A stretch of DNA of 25,738 nucleotides from positions 1 through 25,738 of the IMG/VR virus record IMGVR_UViG_3300037424_001463. One strand, given 5' to 3'. Numbering within the stretch: the stretch's first letter is position 1; each line of letters starts with the position of its first letter. The DNA comes from a virus. Its lineage: Duplodnaviria; Caudoviricetes. The position numbers were made by a program, and so were the translations under genes. The notes below the pieces were generated by a model. The model was given only the letters and a program-made list of their open reading frames with translations. It was not told where the DNA came from and made no database searches. Shown in pieces: positions 14,631 to 25,091 of the stretch.

Positions 14631-15970
14631 GCGACTCATTCGCGGAGTCCATGGCGATCCTCGCGGAGCGGATCAACGTCCTCAACGCCCTGGAGGTCTT
14701 CACCGCGACGGCCTCGACGGGGTGGGTAGATCTCGCGGCCGACGCCAAGGCCTTGATCCTCGGATCCGACTTCGCCGCGTCCATGAATGCCTCGATCGAG
14801 GCTGACCGCGACGCGGTGGCTACCGTCCTCCAGCCGGGGAACATGTCGAGAGGCCTGGACCCCTTCTTCCTCGACGCCGCGCAACAGACGGGCTCCGTCA
14901 AGCTCGATCCGTCGGAGCGCTTCAGGGACCTCTTCGACTACATGCACAACAACGCGCTGCTCGTGAACTCGAGCGAATTTTCCTTCGGGTCCCCCGCTGC
15001 GGGCGGCGCGAACGTCGGCGACGGGACAATGCGCAGGCTGACTGTCGACGACCGCGGCTACACCATGGAGGGCTGGTTCGCGGACGCGTTCAGCGCCACG
15101 TGCGACGCGGACGCGAATCAGAATGGGGTCGAGTACACCGAGCAGTTCGCCGTCGAGGGGACGAACTCGGCGATTGACGACCTACAGCGCAGTGGCACTG
15201 GGCTCTCCGAGCGCATGACGTGCCTCAGCGAACTCGACGCCGCGGCCTACGTCCTCAACCCAGGATTTGAGTCGTACTCCGGGACAACGCCCACGACGGG
15301 CTCCCCCACGACGCCCACTGCCGTCACCGGCTGGACGCCCGCGAGCGGGGTGCTCACGAACCTGCGCGTGCAGGTCGATCAGCTCTACCGCACGCCTCCT
15401 GGATCCAGCACGTCGATCTCCCTCGAGTTCGTCAACAACGAGACGCTCGCCCAGAATCTCCTCGACGAAAACGGGACTACGTTCGACGCCGACGTGCCGG
15501 TGGACGTGGGGGTCGCCGTGTACCGCAAGGCGTCCTGCGACGGGCAGCTCACCATCACGCTCGGCGCCACGTCGCGCAGCGTGGACCTGACCACGCTCGA
15601 CGACGACGCCTGGACGTGGATCTGGCTGAGGAGCACTCCCGACAAGGAGTGCTGGTACGAGAACTTCAAGTCGAACGACCTGGCGCTGAGCTATCAGCTC
15701 GCGTCCCGCACGACAGGGAGCATGGTCCTCGACGCGGGGGTCTGCGGCCCATTCGCGCTCCTCGGGGGCAACGGCTCGCAGGGCCGAGGAGCCATGGGCA
15801 GCTACCTCTCCGTGCATGCCGGCCAGACGCCGTTTCTCGCCGAGGACGTCTTCACGTGGACCGACACCGTGGGTACGCGCGCGAAGAATCAGTGGGCTCT
15901 CGCCGCTGCGGACCTGGGGTATCTCCCCGCTACGGGCGCGGGCTACGAGCAGATCCTCGACGCGAGCTGA
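14627..15970 (+). CDS. Acidic putative virion structural protein (447 aa) with a possible carbohydrate-binding jelly-roll domain
   Basis: Thr/Asp/Gly-rich; VLNPGFE...TGWT motif typical of CBM-like domains; upstream of the tail tube gene. Confidence 0.55.
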   Translation: MSDSFAESMAILAERINVLNALEVFTATASTGWVDLAADAKALILGSDFAASMNASIEADRDAVATVLQPGNMSRGLDPFFLDAAQQTGSVKLDPSERFRDLFDYMHNNALLVNSSEFSFGSPAAGGANVGDGTMRRLTVDDRGYTMEGWFADAFSATCDADANQNGVEYTEQFAVEGTNSAIDDLQRSGTGLSERMTCLSELDAAAYVLNPGFESYSGTTPTTGSPTTPTAVTGWTPASGVLTNLRVQVDQLYRTPPGSSTSISLEFVNNETLAQNLLDENGTTFDADVPVDVGVAVYRKASCDGQLTITLGATSRSVDLTTLDDDAWTWIWLRSTPDKECWYENFKSNDLALSYQLASRTTGSMVLDAGVCGPFALLGGNGSQGRGAMGSYLSVHAGQTPFLAEDVFTWTDTVGTRAKNQWALAAADLGYLPATGAGYEQILDAS

Positions 15971-15976
15971 CGCGCC

Positions 15977-16474
15977 ATGGCCGCGCCCGACGTCGTCAAG
16001 GTCCAAGGCGCTACCGGGATCCTCTACTGGGGGGGCACCGCGCTCGGGCTCGCGACGGAGATCGCGCTGATCCCGATCCAGCGGACGTTTGCCGTACGCG
16101 CGGAGGAGTACGCGGGTGCGGTCGTCGAGGAGTACGACCTGGGGCGAGACTGGCTCTGCACATGCCTGGTCCGCGGATTTGACGCGGACATGCTCGCACG
16201 CCTCTTCCCGAGCATCACGTCGGGTGTGGTGTCCGACGGGACGGACCAGAGCAGCAGTGTGCTCCCGCTGTCCGCGCGGAGCGGCGTCCTGACTTTCACG
16301 CCGCGCGACGCGTCGCACCACGGCTTCGTGCTCCGCCGCGCGCTCCCGCGCGTCGCAGACGGCTGCCGCATTCCCTTCGGCTTGCACGGCCGGGTCTCTT
16401 TCGCGGCCGCCTTCCGCGGGGTCCCCGACGCGTCGGGGGACGCCGTGTCACTCGGTCCGACGGGGAGCCTATGA
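15977..16474 (+). CDS. Putative tail tube (major tail) protein
   Basis: 165 aa with GILYWGGTALG, LTFTP and FAAAFRGVPDASG patterns; position in the operon. Confidence 0.6.
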   Translation: MAAPDVVKVQGATGILYWGGTALGLATEIALIPIQRTFAVRAEEYAGAVVEEYDLGRDWLCTCLVRGFDADMLARLFPSITSGVVSDGTDQSSSVLPLSARSGVLTFTPRDASHHGFVLRRALPRVADGCRIPFGLHGRVSFAAAFRGVPDASGDAVSLGPTGSL

Positions 16475-16807
16475 GCCTCCGCGATGACGCCCTGGAGCCG
16501 ATCCCGACCTGTCTCCCCGACGAGGCGCAGCTGCTCGAGCGAATGGTGGGGCTCGCGAGTCTCGCGCTCCGCGCGGGAGTCTCCCTGTCGTACGAGGACT
16601 GGGAGGACATGGACTGGACGGAGCGCCGCGCGTGGATCGCCGCAGGCGACGTGCACGCCGCGCGGAGCGCGCAAAGGCTCGGGCTCGCGACGCAAGGCCC
16701 GCTGGGGGCTGCGCTGTGCAGCGCCGAGGTGGACGACTACGCGGCTGCGGATCGGATCTACATGGAGGCTTTCACGCGCGCGGCCCTCGCGCGCGAGGAG
16801 GGCGCGC

Positions 16808-16815
<8 letters not shown>
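16471..16815 (+). CDS. Putative tail assembly chaperone
   Basis: 114-aa acidic helical protein between the tail tube and the tape-measure position. Confidence 0.4.
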
Positions 16816-17520
<705 letters not shown>

Positions 17521-17524
<4 letters not shown>

Positions 17525-18885
17525 CGGCGTCCGCCGTCACGAGAGTCCACTCGATCGCCTACGGCGCGCTCACCGTAGGCGGGGGGACCCACTACCACCT
17601 GCACGGCGCGATCGTACGGACGTCCGACTACACGCAGCTCACACTGAGCTTCTTCGTGGTCGTGCAGGAGAGCACGGAGTCGACCTTCGCGGCGCGCGCG
17701 GCGGCCTTGGAGGCCGCTTTCAGGGCGCCGAACGCGAACCTCGTCATGACGACGGGCGCAGGCTCGGAGACCTGGAGCCACAGCGCCAACACGGGTATGG
17801 GTGCCATACCGCACTGTCGCAAGGCGGGCTCGAGCCTCGACAGCGCCACGAGCCGACTCTACGAGTGCTCGGTCACTGTGCAGCTCCCCGCCGACGAGCC
17901 CGGGAAGAGCGGCCGGCAGAGCGCGCGTGTGACCTACTCCGAGGACGGCTCGGAGATCATGCACATGGCAGTCAGCGCGGTCTACACCGCGCTGGGCGCC
18001 AACTCGGCCCTAGCCCAGGCGCAGAGCGCCTTCCCGACTTACTACGCCGCGCTGCAGACCGCAGCGGGAGGGACGTGGGACGAGTACGGCGGGCGTGTCT
18101 ACACGCCCGACGACGAGGGCAAGATCTGCCAGGCGTCTGCGGCTTTCCGCCGCGTGATCTCGAATCAGAGCGTCGCCGCGCTGAACGACACCACGCTGCA
18201 GGACGTGCAGATCTCGGTCTCGACGAAGACCGTTGCCCCAGGAGACGCCGCAGGTAGCGGCGCGCAGCGCATGCAGCAGATCACGGTGGTCTACTCGGCG
18301 CGAGTCCGGTCGAGCGTGAGTACGGACCTACAGAGCGTCTGGCTGACGAAGGTCCGGCCACGCATGGTCGCTGTGGCCACGGCGCTCAGCGACGCACGCC
18401 GAGTCACTGCGATCTCGGTCGAGCCGGGCCTCGACGCGCAGAACAACGCGATCTCCGCGCGCATGGTATTCCTCGCTGCGCCCACATCGGTCATATCCGT
18501 CGACCTCGTCGTCTCGACCACGGAGACGCTCCCGTTCACTCTCGAGCCAGTGCTGACCGGCGACCCGTACGCGCGGGATCGGCACTGGGCTGTAGGGGAT
18601 CGACGCGCGACGGTAGTCGCGCTGATCCTGGAGGTAGACGACGGACGGGGAGCCGGGCGGGAGGTGTATGACGCTGCGATCCGTGACCTGGAGGGGGAGG
18701 GTTACCTCGTCCGACGCGTCTCAACCCCCGCGCTCCGCAAATTCAGGCTCGGGGCGCGGGGGGTCGGCGCTCCGCTGACGCTGCGCTCGACGCGCCTACA
18801 GACAGAGCTGGAGTTTGCGACCGTCGTGGGCGGCGACGCGAAGGGTGGCGGCAACCGTCACCAACGCGCCCAGGTGCGCCGGTGA
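17521..18885 (+). CDS. Putative tail structural protein (454 aa)
   Basis: GTGA-coupled; beta-rich Ser/Thr/Val composition; follows the tape-measure position. Confidence 0.5.
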
Positions 18886-20990
18886 CCGTCGCGACGCTCG
18901 GGGGCGTCCACCTGTCGCTGCGAGCTGGGGAGAGTATCTCCTGGACGCTCGCTGCCGGCGTCGCTCCCGTCGAGCGACAGATCACGGTCACAGAGGAGCG
19001 CGCGCGAGCGATCTTCACGCGCGCGAAGACGCAGTTCGCGACGCTCGATCCGCTCGTGACGCGCACGAGGAGTTCCGGTGTCGGGCCGCTCACGCTCGAG
19101 GTCGCCGCACCGGGCTACCCCAAGCTGACCGTCCGTGGGCTCTACGTCCTGCAAATGGCGCGCGCGGACGAGAGCCGCATGACGCTCACGATCGCGGACA
19201 GGCGCTGGCTCCTGCACCGCGCGCACGTCCTCCGGGACTTCAACGTGCGGCGCACGACAGGTGATCGGCGCCTCGTCGGCAACGCGCTGCAGCCCGTGCA
19301 GATCTCTGCCAACGTCGCGGACTACGCGTACCGCCGGAGCAGCCTCCGCGAGGGCACGACGCGCTGGGAGCCCGAGGAGGTCCTGGAGGACGTGCTCGAT
19401 CAGCTCGTGGGCACGGGCGGCTACGTGATCGAGAGCCTCCCGCTGCGCGCGGACGTGGAGGACCTCCGCCTCGACGACGCCGGCGACGCCGCGCTCATGC
19501 GCGTGCTCGCGCTCTTCGCGGGAGCGCAGATCTTCTGCGACCTGCGAGGACGGCTCGTCGTCTACAACTCGCTCGGGGGCGAGGAGGACGCCGTTATTGC
19601 AAGCGCAGGGGCGCCTTACCCGAGCCCCGCGCCTCAGCTCGAGCGCGTGGACAACTCCCTGCTCCGCGCGAGGGATTACGTCTCCCTCTTTACTCTCGAG
19701 CCCGAGATCCGATTCGACTACACGGAGGGGGTGTCGGTGACGCCCGCGGCCCCGGGGCGAGAGCCGCGCGCGCTTCAGAATGTCTTCGCGGTCACCGACC
19801 CCACCGTCACCGTCCTGGGGCAGACGCTCTCGCGAGGGACGCTCCTGCCTCTCGATCGCTGGATCGCAGCGGTCGTCGAGAAGAACGACGCTCCGGCGAG
19901 CGGCCGCGCGCTCGGGCCTCTGACGTCGGCGCTGATCCGCCGGCACTACCTCTCCGGATTCCAGCACTTGAGGAATGCGTATGTGCTGGCGGAACTCGGG
20001 CTCCCCAATCCACTCTGGCTGGGGCGCATCGCGGAGATCGAGCGGAGCTGGCGGAGGTCCTTCCGGGTCCTCCCGCAGTGGGCAGATAAGTGTGAGGGCT
20101 TCTACGCGGTGCGCGCCGCGGTCGTCGATCAGGAAACGGGGGAGAGGGCGCAGTCAGAGGTCTACTGCGACACGCTGGTGAAGCCGAGCCGACGATTCCT
20201 CTCGCGGCGCGCCGCCGACAACTCGCCCGCAGCCTTCGGCGCCTCGCAATGGGCGCAGGACCTGACCGCCGCGACCCCCGCGCCGGCGCGAGTCGTCATG
20301 CGTAGCCGCTCGGAGGGGCGCTTCGCTCTAGATTTTCGCGCCGATCCCTGGGGCGACGCGGCGAAGATCGCGCCGGGGACCCTGGACGGAGTCGTCCCGA
20401 TCCAGCACGCAGGCGAGGCCGCGCTCGTCTGGGACTCCGTCAAGGTCTCGCTCGCTGCGGGCTGGAGGCTCTCTGTGATCCTGTCGGTACGACTCGCGTC
20501 GCCGGCGGATCAGACGCGGCTACACGCGGTGTCCGTCCCCCTGTCGCGAGCGCTCGCGCTGATCCCCGGCGCGAGCGCTCGCGGGCTCTCCGGCCGAGGG
20601 CCGACGTACACGCAGCGGGTCTACCCGGGAGTGACGACTGCGCGCGCGGTCTGGCTCGACGACCGCGCGGGTGAGATTGAGGACGCGATCTTCTCGGACG
20701 CCGCCTTCCCGCAGGATTTGATCGTCAATGGCGCGGTGCTCCTCGCGATTGCGGAGGCCAATGCGGCGCGAATCGTCGCGCCGCTGCTCGATCGCCAGCA
20801 GGGTTCGATGGTCGTCTCGTTGGCTCCCGCGGTGCGCCCCGCGGGGTCGCTCGCGTCCGTCACACACGTCATCACGACACGCGGGGCGCAGACGATCCTG
20901 ACCTGCCCGCCCGTTGGTATGCCGCCGAATATCCGGGCTCTCCTACCGGACAGCGTGCGCAAGGTCCTCGACAGGAGGGTAGAGGAGTGA
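18882..20990 (+). CDS. Putative tail hub/baseplate protein (702 aa)
   Basis: GTGA-coupled; MTLTIADRRWLL and IFCDLRGRLVV segments reminiscent of hub proteins; position. Confidence 0.5.
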   Translation: MTVATLGGVHLSLRAGESISWTLAAGVAPVERQITVTEERARAIFTRAKTQFATLDPLVTRTRSSGVGPLTLEVAAPGYPKLTVRGLYVLQMARADESRMTLTIADRRWLLHRAHVLRDFNVRRTTGDRRLVGNALQPVQISANVADYAYRRSSLREGTTRWEPEEVLEDVLDQLVGTGGYVIESLPLRADVEDLRLDDAGDAALMRVLALFAGAQIFCDLRGRLVVYNSLGGEEDAVIASAGAPYPSPAPQLERVDNSLLRARDYVSLFTLEPEIRFDYTEGVSVTPAAPGREPRALQNVFAVTDPTVTVLGQTLSRGTLLPLDRWIAAVVEKNDAPASGRALGPLTSALIRRHYLSGFQHLRNAYVLAELGLPNPLWLGRIAEIERSWRRSFRVLPQWADKCEGFYAVRAAVVDQETGERAQSEVYCDTLVKPSRRFLSRRAADNSPAAFGASQWAQDLTAATPAPARVVMRSRSEGRFALDFRADPWGDAAKIAPGTLDGVVPIQHAGEAALVWDSVKVSLAAGWRLSVILSVRLASPADQTRLHAVSVPLSRALALIPGASARGLSGRGPTYTQRVYPGVTTARAVWLDDRAGEIEDAIFSDAAFPQDLIVNGAVLLAIAEANAARIVAPLLDRQQGSMVVSLAPAVRPAGSLASVTHVITTRGAQTILTCPPVGMPPNIRALLPDSVRKVLDRRVEE

Positions 20991-23869
20991 CGCACATCGC
21001 GGATCTCGTCGAGCGCGGCTACTCCCCCCGGCAGCACCACGACGCCTCTTTCGACGAGGCGCACAGGATCGTCACGTTCTCGTGCCGGCTCATTCCGTCG
21101 TCGGAGCACGAGGAGACCTGGGAGGTCGAGGCGGGGTCTCAGGGCGACGACCTCGGCTGGCTCATGTGGCGCGCGCGCAAGGGCAAGCGGGATCTGCCCT
21201 GCGCGTGGAGCCCGGCCTGGTCCGCGGTGGTCCACGGCGCGGTGGGTCCGACCGCGGGAGGCACGTCGTCGGTGCGCCCGGACTACTGGCTGCACCCGGA
21301 CGAGGGCGGAGGCTTCGCGGACCTGCGCTTCGAGGCGCGATCCCCCGCGCGCGAGCTGGCGATCCACCCATGGGCGTCGCGGTACCCGAGCGGCTGGACG
21401 GGTGTCCTCTCCGCGGGCACGGCGAGCGACCGCGAGGAGTCGGCGTGGCACCCGGACTTCCTGGGGATCGTCGCAAGCAACAGGGGGCTGATCGGCTTCT
21501 CGACGCGCGTCTTCGATCTCCACGGCGGCGGCGTCGATCGCTACGCCGAGCTGCACACCGCGGTCTCTGTCGAGGAGATCGTGGAGAGCACGGCTCCGAG
21601 CCTCCTCCCGGGGCGAGTCCTCGCGTGGCAGCTCGGCGAGACAGGCGCGGGCGACGCGGCTGGCGCCGGGCTCATGGCGCTGAATTGGTCCGGCGGTCGG
21701 AGTCTGCTGTGCGCGTCGGGGTACGTCGGAGGGCCGCTGCTCTCTCCCGCGAGCGACGACGTGCGGATCGGGCGAGAGGTCGACGGCGCGCCCGTGTACC
21801 CCGCTGCGCTCTCGACGGACGCCCTCTGGCGAGTCCCCGGGACGGGCCGCGTGGGGCCGCTGGAGGTCCATGCGACCTACCCCGGCAGCGACGAGACGCT
21901 CCGACAGGCGCACGTGCTCTGGGTCCCGCGCGGGGGCGGCGGGTCGCCGCGGATCGGGGTCTACAACTTCGACGCGCCGGGGACGTTCCAGATCTGGGTC
22001 TCCGTGCCGTATCTGTCGTCGACCCCGCCGCCGTCGGCCCCGCCGCCGGTGTCCACGGGGGGATCCTCGGTGATCCGCCCGCCGGCGCCCCCCGCGCCCC
22101 CCGCGCCCCCCGCGCCCCCCGCGCCCCCCGCGCCCCCCGCGCCTCCGCGTCCGGGGCCCGATCCAGCAGCCCTCGCGGCAGCCCTCGCGGCAGCGACGGC
22201 CAAGGCGCACGCGGGAGGGCAGACCCTCCCGACCTACGGACTCACGGTGCACCCGCGGAATCCGCTCGGGGGCTTTGGGATCCCCGGCGGGAGCGGTGGC
22301 GGTGGCGGGGGCGTGCACGCGAAGACGCAGCACGGAGACCCCTTCGCCGCGCATCGGCGCGCGAAGGAGAAGCAGGCGCGCGCGAAGGAGCAGCGCGAGC
22401 AGAAGAGGCGCGAGCGCGAGAGTGAGCGCGGGAAGAAGAGGCGCGAGAAGAAGGAGAAGAAACACGAGGAGTGGAAGCGCAAGCGCGAGGAGCGGAAGCG
22501 CAAGAGAGAGGAGGAGGACGAGGAGGACCACGAGGAGTGGCTGCGAAAGCGCAAGCGCAGCAAGGATCTGATCGACGAGCTGCACAAGCGGAAGCTCCGC
22601 GGCGCTGTGCTCGGAGGGACGTTCGGCGCCTCGGTCTCGGTGCAGCCGTGGCTAGGCCCTTTCAGACGCTCGCCTCCCGACGAGCACCCGAAGCCGGTGA
22701 CCTACTTCCCGAGTGAGATCGGCGTGTTTGGTGGGGTCGCCTTCCTCGCGCCGCCAGGCGCGGAGGGCGAGCTGGATCCATCCGCAGCGCCAGGAGAGCA
22801 GATCACTCCCGCGGGCGCGCGCCTCGTGAGGGGCTCTCCTACTGCCGCGCGCCTCGTGGCCTACGGCCAGAGCCCCACAGGGATCGCAGGGGACTGGGTC
22901 TACGCCGACGAGCGCAAGCGCGTCGTGAAGGGGACGCTCGCGATCGTCCCCGGCGACTATGATCTCTTGGGGGCGGCGTACGGCTACGGGCCTCCGACTG
23001 ATCCCCCGCGCGTCTCGCTGCTCCTCCCCAGGGACACGTCGACGCTCGTGTTCGGGGACCCCGACCCGGCGACCGGCGGCGTGAAGAACGGTGTGACGCT
23101 CACCGGGAACGCCGTGGGGGGCCTCGACCTGGTGCTCGTCGACGGATCCGGCGAGCCTACGCCCGTGAGCTACTCCGTCGGCGAGGGCGGGCATGAGTTT
23201 GACGGCGCGGTAACCATTACAGGGGCGATCCACGCGACGGGCAAGGCGACCTTCGACGGGCTGATTGACCCGACGGGACTCGTGCTCAGCGAGCAGTCGT
23301 CCGATCCCATGTCCAGCGCGCAGGTCGGTCTCTACGCGGGCGACACCGCGGGCGCCAACGAGGCCTGGTGGCGACGCGACGACGGGACGACGGTCGACTT
23401 GTCGGCGGGTGCGGGTGCGGGTGCGAGCGCGGTCGAGAGCCTCTACGCCGACGACGGAGCGATCATCAGCAACACCGGAGGGAGTGAGACGACCCTCAAG
23501 ACCTACACGCTCCCCGCGGGGACGCTCGCGGCCAACGGCGACTGGCTGCGGATCACGTGGGGTGGCTCCGGCGGAGGCTTGAACAAGCGCCTCCGGGTGT
23601 ACTTCGGTAGCGCCATCGTCGCCACGTGGACGGACGGGGTGTCGGGCACCTACTGGGGCCAAGCCGAAATAAAGCGCATGGCAGTCAACTCACAGCGCTC
23701 GACGGCGTTCTTTTTGGCGACGGCGGCCGTCGCGGGAGCGCAGGTCACGACCTCGGCGGTGGACCTGTCCGCGGACGTGATAATCAAAGTCACGGGCCAG
23801 AATTTGACCACCACGGTGGCTATAATTAATGCGGTCAACATGACCGTAGAAAAGGTTCCCGCGCCATGA
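20987..23869 (+). CDS. Large multidomain tail/fibre protein (960 aa) with Pro-rich and highly charged linkers
   Basis: GLIDPTGL and ETTLKTYTLPAGTLAANGDWLRI motifs of the kind seen in phage fibre proteins; central APP repeats and a K/R/E tract. Confidence 0.6.
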   Translation: MTHIADLVERGYSPRQHHDASFDEAHRIVTFSCRLIPSSEHEETWEVEAGSQGDDLGWLMWRARKGKRDLPCAWSPAWSAVVHGAVGPTAGGTSSVRPDYWLHPDEGGGFADLRFEARSPARELAIHPWASRYPSGWTGVLSAGTASDREESAWHPDFLGIVASNRGLIGFSTRVFDLHGGGVDRYAELHTAVSVEEIVESTAPSLLPGRVLAWQLGETGAGDAAGAGLMALNWSGGRSLLCASGYVGGPLLSPASDDVRIGREVDGAPVYPAALSTDALWRVPGTGRVGPLEVHATYPGSDETLRQAHVLWVPRGGGGSPRIGVYNFDAPGTFQIWVSVPYLSSTPPPSAPPPVSTGGSSVIRPPAPPAPPAPPAPPAPPAPPAPPRPGPDPAALAAALAAATAKAHAGGQTLPTYGLTVHPRNPLGGFGIPGGSGGGGGGVHAKTQHGDPFAAHRRAKEKQARAKEQREQKRRERESERGKKRREKKEKKHEEWKRKREERKRKREEEDEEDHEEWLRKRKRSKDLIDELHKRKLRGAVLGGTFGASVSVQPWLGPFRRSPPDEHPKPVTYFPSEIGVFGGVAFLAPPGAEGELDPSAAPGEQITPAGARLVRGSPTAARLVAYGQSPTGIAGDWVYADERKRVVKGTLAIVPGDYDLLGAAYGYGPPTDPPRVSLLLPRDTSTLVFGDPDPATGGVKNGVTLTGNAVGGLDLVLVDGSGEPTPVSYSVGEGGHEFDGAVTITGAIHATGKATFDGLIDPTGLVLSEQSSDPMSSAQVGLYAGDTAGANEAWWRRDDGTTVDLSAGAGAGASAVESLYADDGAIISNTGGSETTLKTYTLPAGTLAANGDWLRITWGGSGGGLNKRLRVYFGSAIVATWTDGVSGTYWGQAEIKRMAVNSQRSTAFFLATAAVAGAQVTTSAVDLSADVIIKVTGQNLTTTVAIINAVNMTVEKVPAP
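22085..22138 (+). repeat. Tandem 9-mer (GCGCCCCCC)x6 encoding (APP)n
   Basis: Read directly. Confidence 0.9.
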
Positions 23870-24384
23870 CCCGACCCATGACAGCACTCGCCGCACTCGC
23901 CGCACTCGCCGCACTCGCCGCACTCGCGACGCGCTCACCCCTCCGCGCGGCCGACGGCGAGTCCAGCAGCCTGCGGACGGGATCGGTCGCGCAGGGCTAT
24001 CAGCTCGATCGGCAGACCGCCGCATACCGCACTGCTGTGAGCGCTGCGGACACCGACGACACGGAGGAGTGGTCGGCCATCGCCGCATTCGTGCTCAACG
24101 GCCGCCCGAACATTTCGGTGAGCGGCAGGTTCAGTGGCGCGGCTGCGGACACCGCGACCGTCTACGTCGCGTACTACTACCGGACCACTGCCGACGGCAC
24201 GGACACGGACACGTTCCTGGGGCGCAGCGCGACCACAACGCTCACCGCTGCCGCGACCGTGGACGCTGCAGGGGACAACGTCTCACCCACGGTGGGCTTC
24301 GACGGCCGCGGGGCCAACGTGCTGCGCGTGATCGTCACGTCTGTCAGCGCGGGAAACGTCGACCTGTGGGTAGGGAGCTACTAA
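23866..24384 (+). CDS. Hypothetical beta-rich protein with a signal-peptide-like N-terminus (172 aa)
   Basis: MTRPMT(ALA)n...LRA|AD; C-terminal LRVIVTSVSAGNVDLWV jelly-roll-like end. Confidence 0.6.
   Translation: MTRPMTALAALAALAALAALATRSPLRAADGESSSLRTGSVAQGYQLDRQTAAYRTAVSAADTDDTEEWSAIAAFVLNGRPNISVSGRFSGAAADTATVYVAYYYRTTADGTDTDTFLGRSATTTLTAAATVDAAGDNVSPTVGFDGRGANVLRVIVTSVSAGNVDLWVGSY
23884..23928 (+). repeat. Tandem 9-mer (GCACTCGCC)x4 plus one variant copy, encoding (ALA)5
   Basis: Read directly. Confidence 0.9.
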
Positions 24385-25091
24385 TGCGCGCGCGCGCTCA
24401 CGCGTCGCAGTGGCAGACGCTCGCGCTGCTGTGCGCGGTGGCACTCGCGTTGACCGCGCCGGGCGCGGTCGAGGCTGGCTACGGCCAGATCGAGTCCGCG
24501 CTGCGGCAGTTCTTCGGCGCGGCCGTCAACGTCACGACCGTCGCCGACGGCGACGTTCTCACGTACTCGAGCGCGGCCGGCGAGTGGGCTGCTGCCGCTT
24601 CCGCTGCTGCGTCGGCGCCCAGTCTGCAGGACGTGTCCGACGTCGGATCGTCGACCACGACGGGCCTGTCCCTGACCGGCGCCAACACCTTCGGTGCGGC
24701 CGGCGTGACCACCACGCTCGCGGGGACCGCGAGCGTGGTGGTCACGGACGGCGTCGTGAGCGGAATGCTGTCCCCCGTCGAGTCAGTCACTGCGGGGGTT
24801 GGCGCCCCGAACGTCCTGACGGCCGACGAGTCCGGGAAGGTCCTCAACAACACAGGGGCTACCGCCGAGGCCTACAACACGCTTCCCGCGGCGGTGGCCG
24901 GGCTGCGCTTCACTCTGGTCGTCGCGGACGCTGACGGGGCTCGGTTCACGGCGCCGAGCGGCACGATCTACCTCGGCCCCTCGTCAGGGACAGCCGTGAG
25001 CAGCACCACCGTCGGCTCGTCGGTCACCTTGGTCTGCGACGGCACCAACTGGTACGCGACTTCTGGCACTGGGACCTGGGTGGCCTCCTAA
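24384..25091 (+). CDS. Fibre/decoration-like protein with a signal-peptide-like N-terminus (235 aa)
   Basis: TAATG overlap; LALLCAVALALTAPGAVEA|G; DGDVLTYSSAAGEW and TLPAAVAGLRF...VTLVCDGTNWY fibre-type motifs. Confidence 0.65.
   Translation: MRARAHASQWQTLALLCAVALALTAPGAVEAGYGQIESALRQFFGAAVNVTTVADGDVLTYSSAAGEWAAAASAAASAPSLQDVSDVGSSTTTGLSLTGANTFGAAGVTTTLAGTASVVVTDGVVSGMLSPVESVTAGVGAPNVLTADESGKVLNNTGATAEAYNTLPAAVAGLRFTLVVADADGARFTAPSGTIYLGPSSGTAVSSTTVGSSVTLVCDGTNWYATSGTGTWVAS

Noticed and set aside
16484-16807. Open +1 frame across the chaperone gene, suggesting a programmed G/GT frameshift
   Set aside because: No XXXYYYZ slippery heptamer seen; the translation is shadow-like and 16808 has its own strong RBS.
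21082-22425. 447-aa alternative-frame ORF inside the 960-aa gene
   Set aside because: Arg/Gly/Ala shadow composition; no RBS or motif support.
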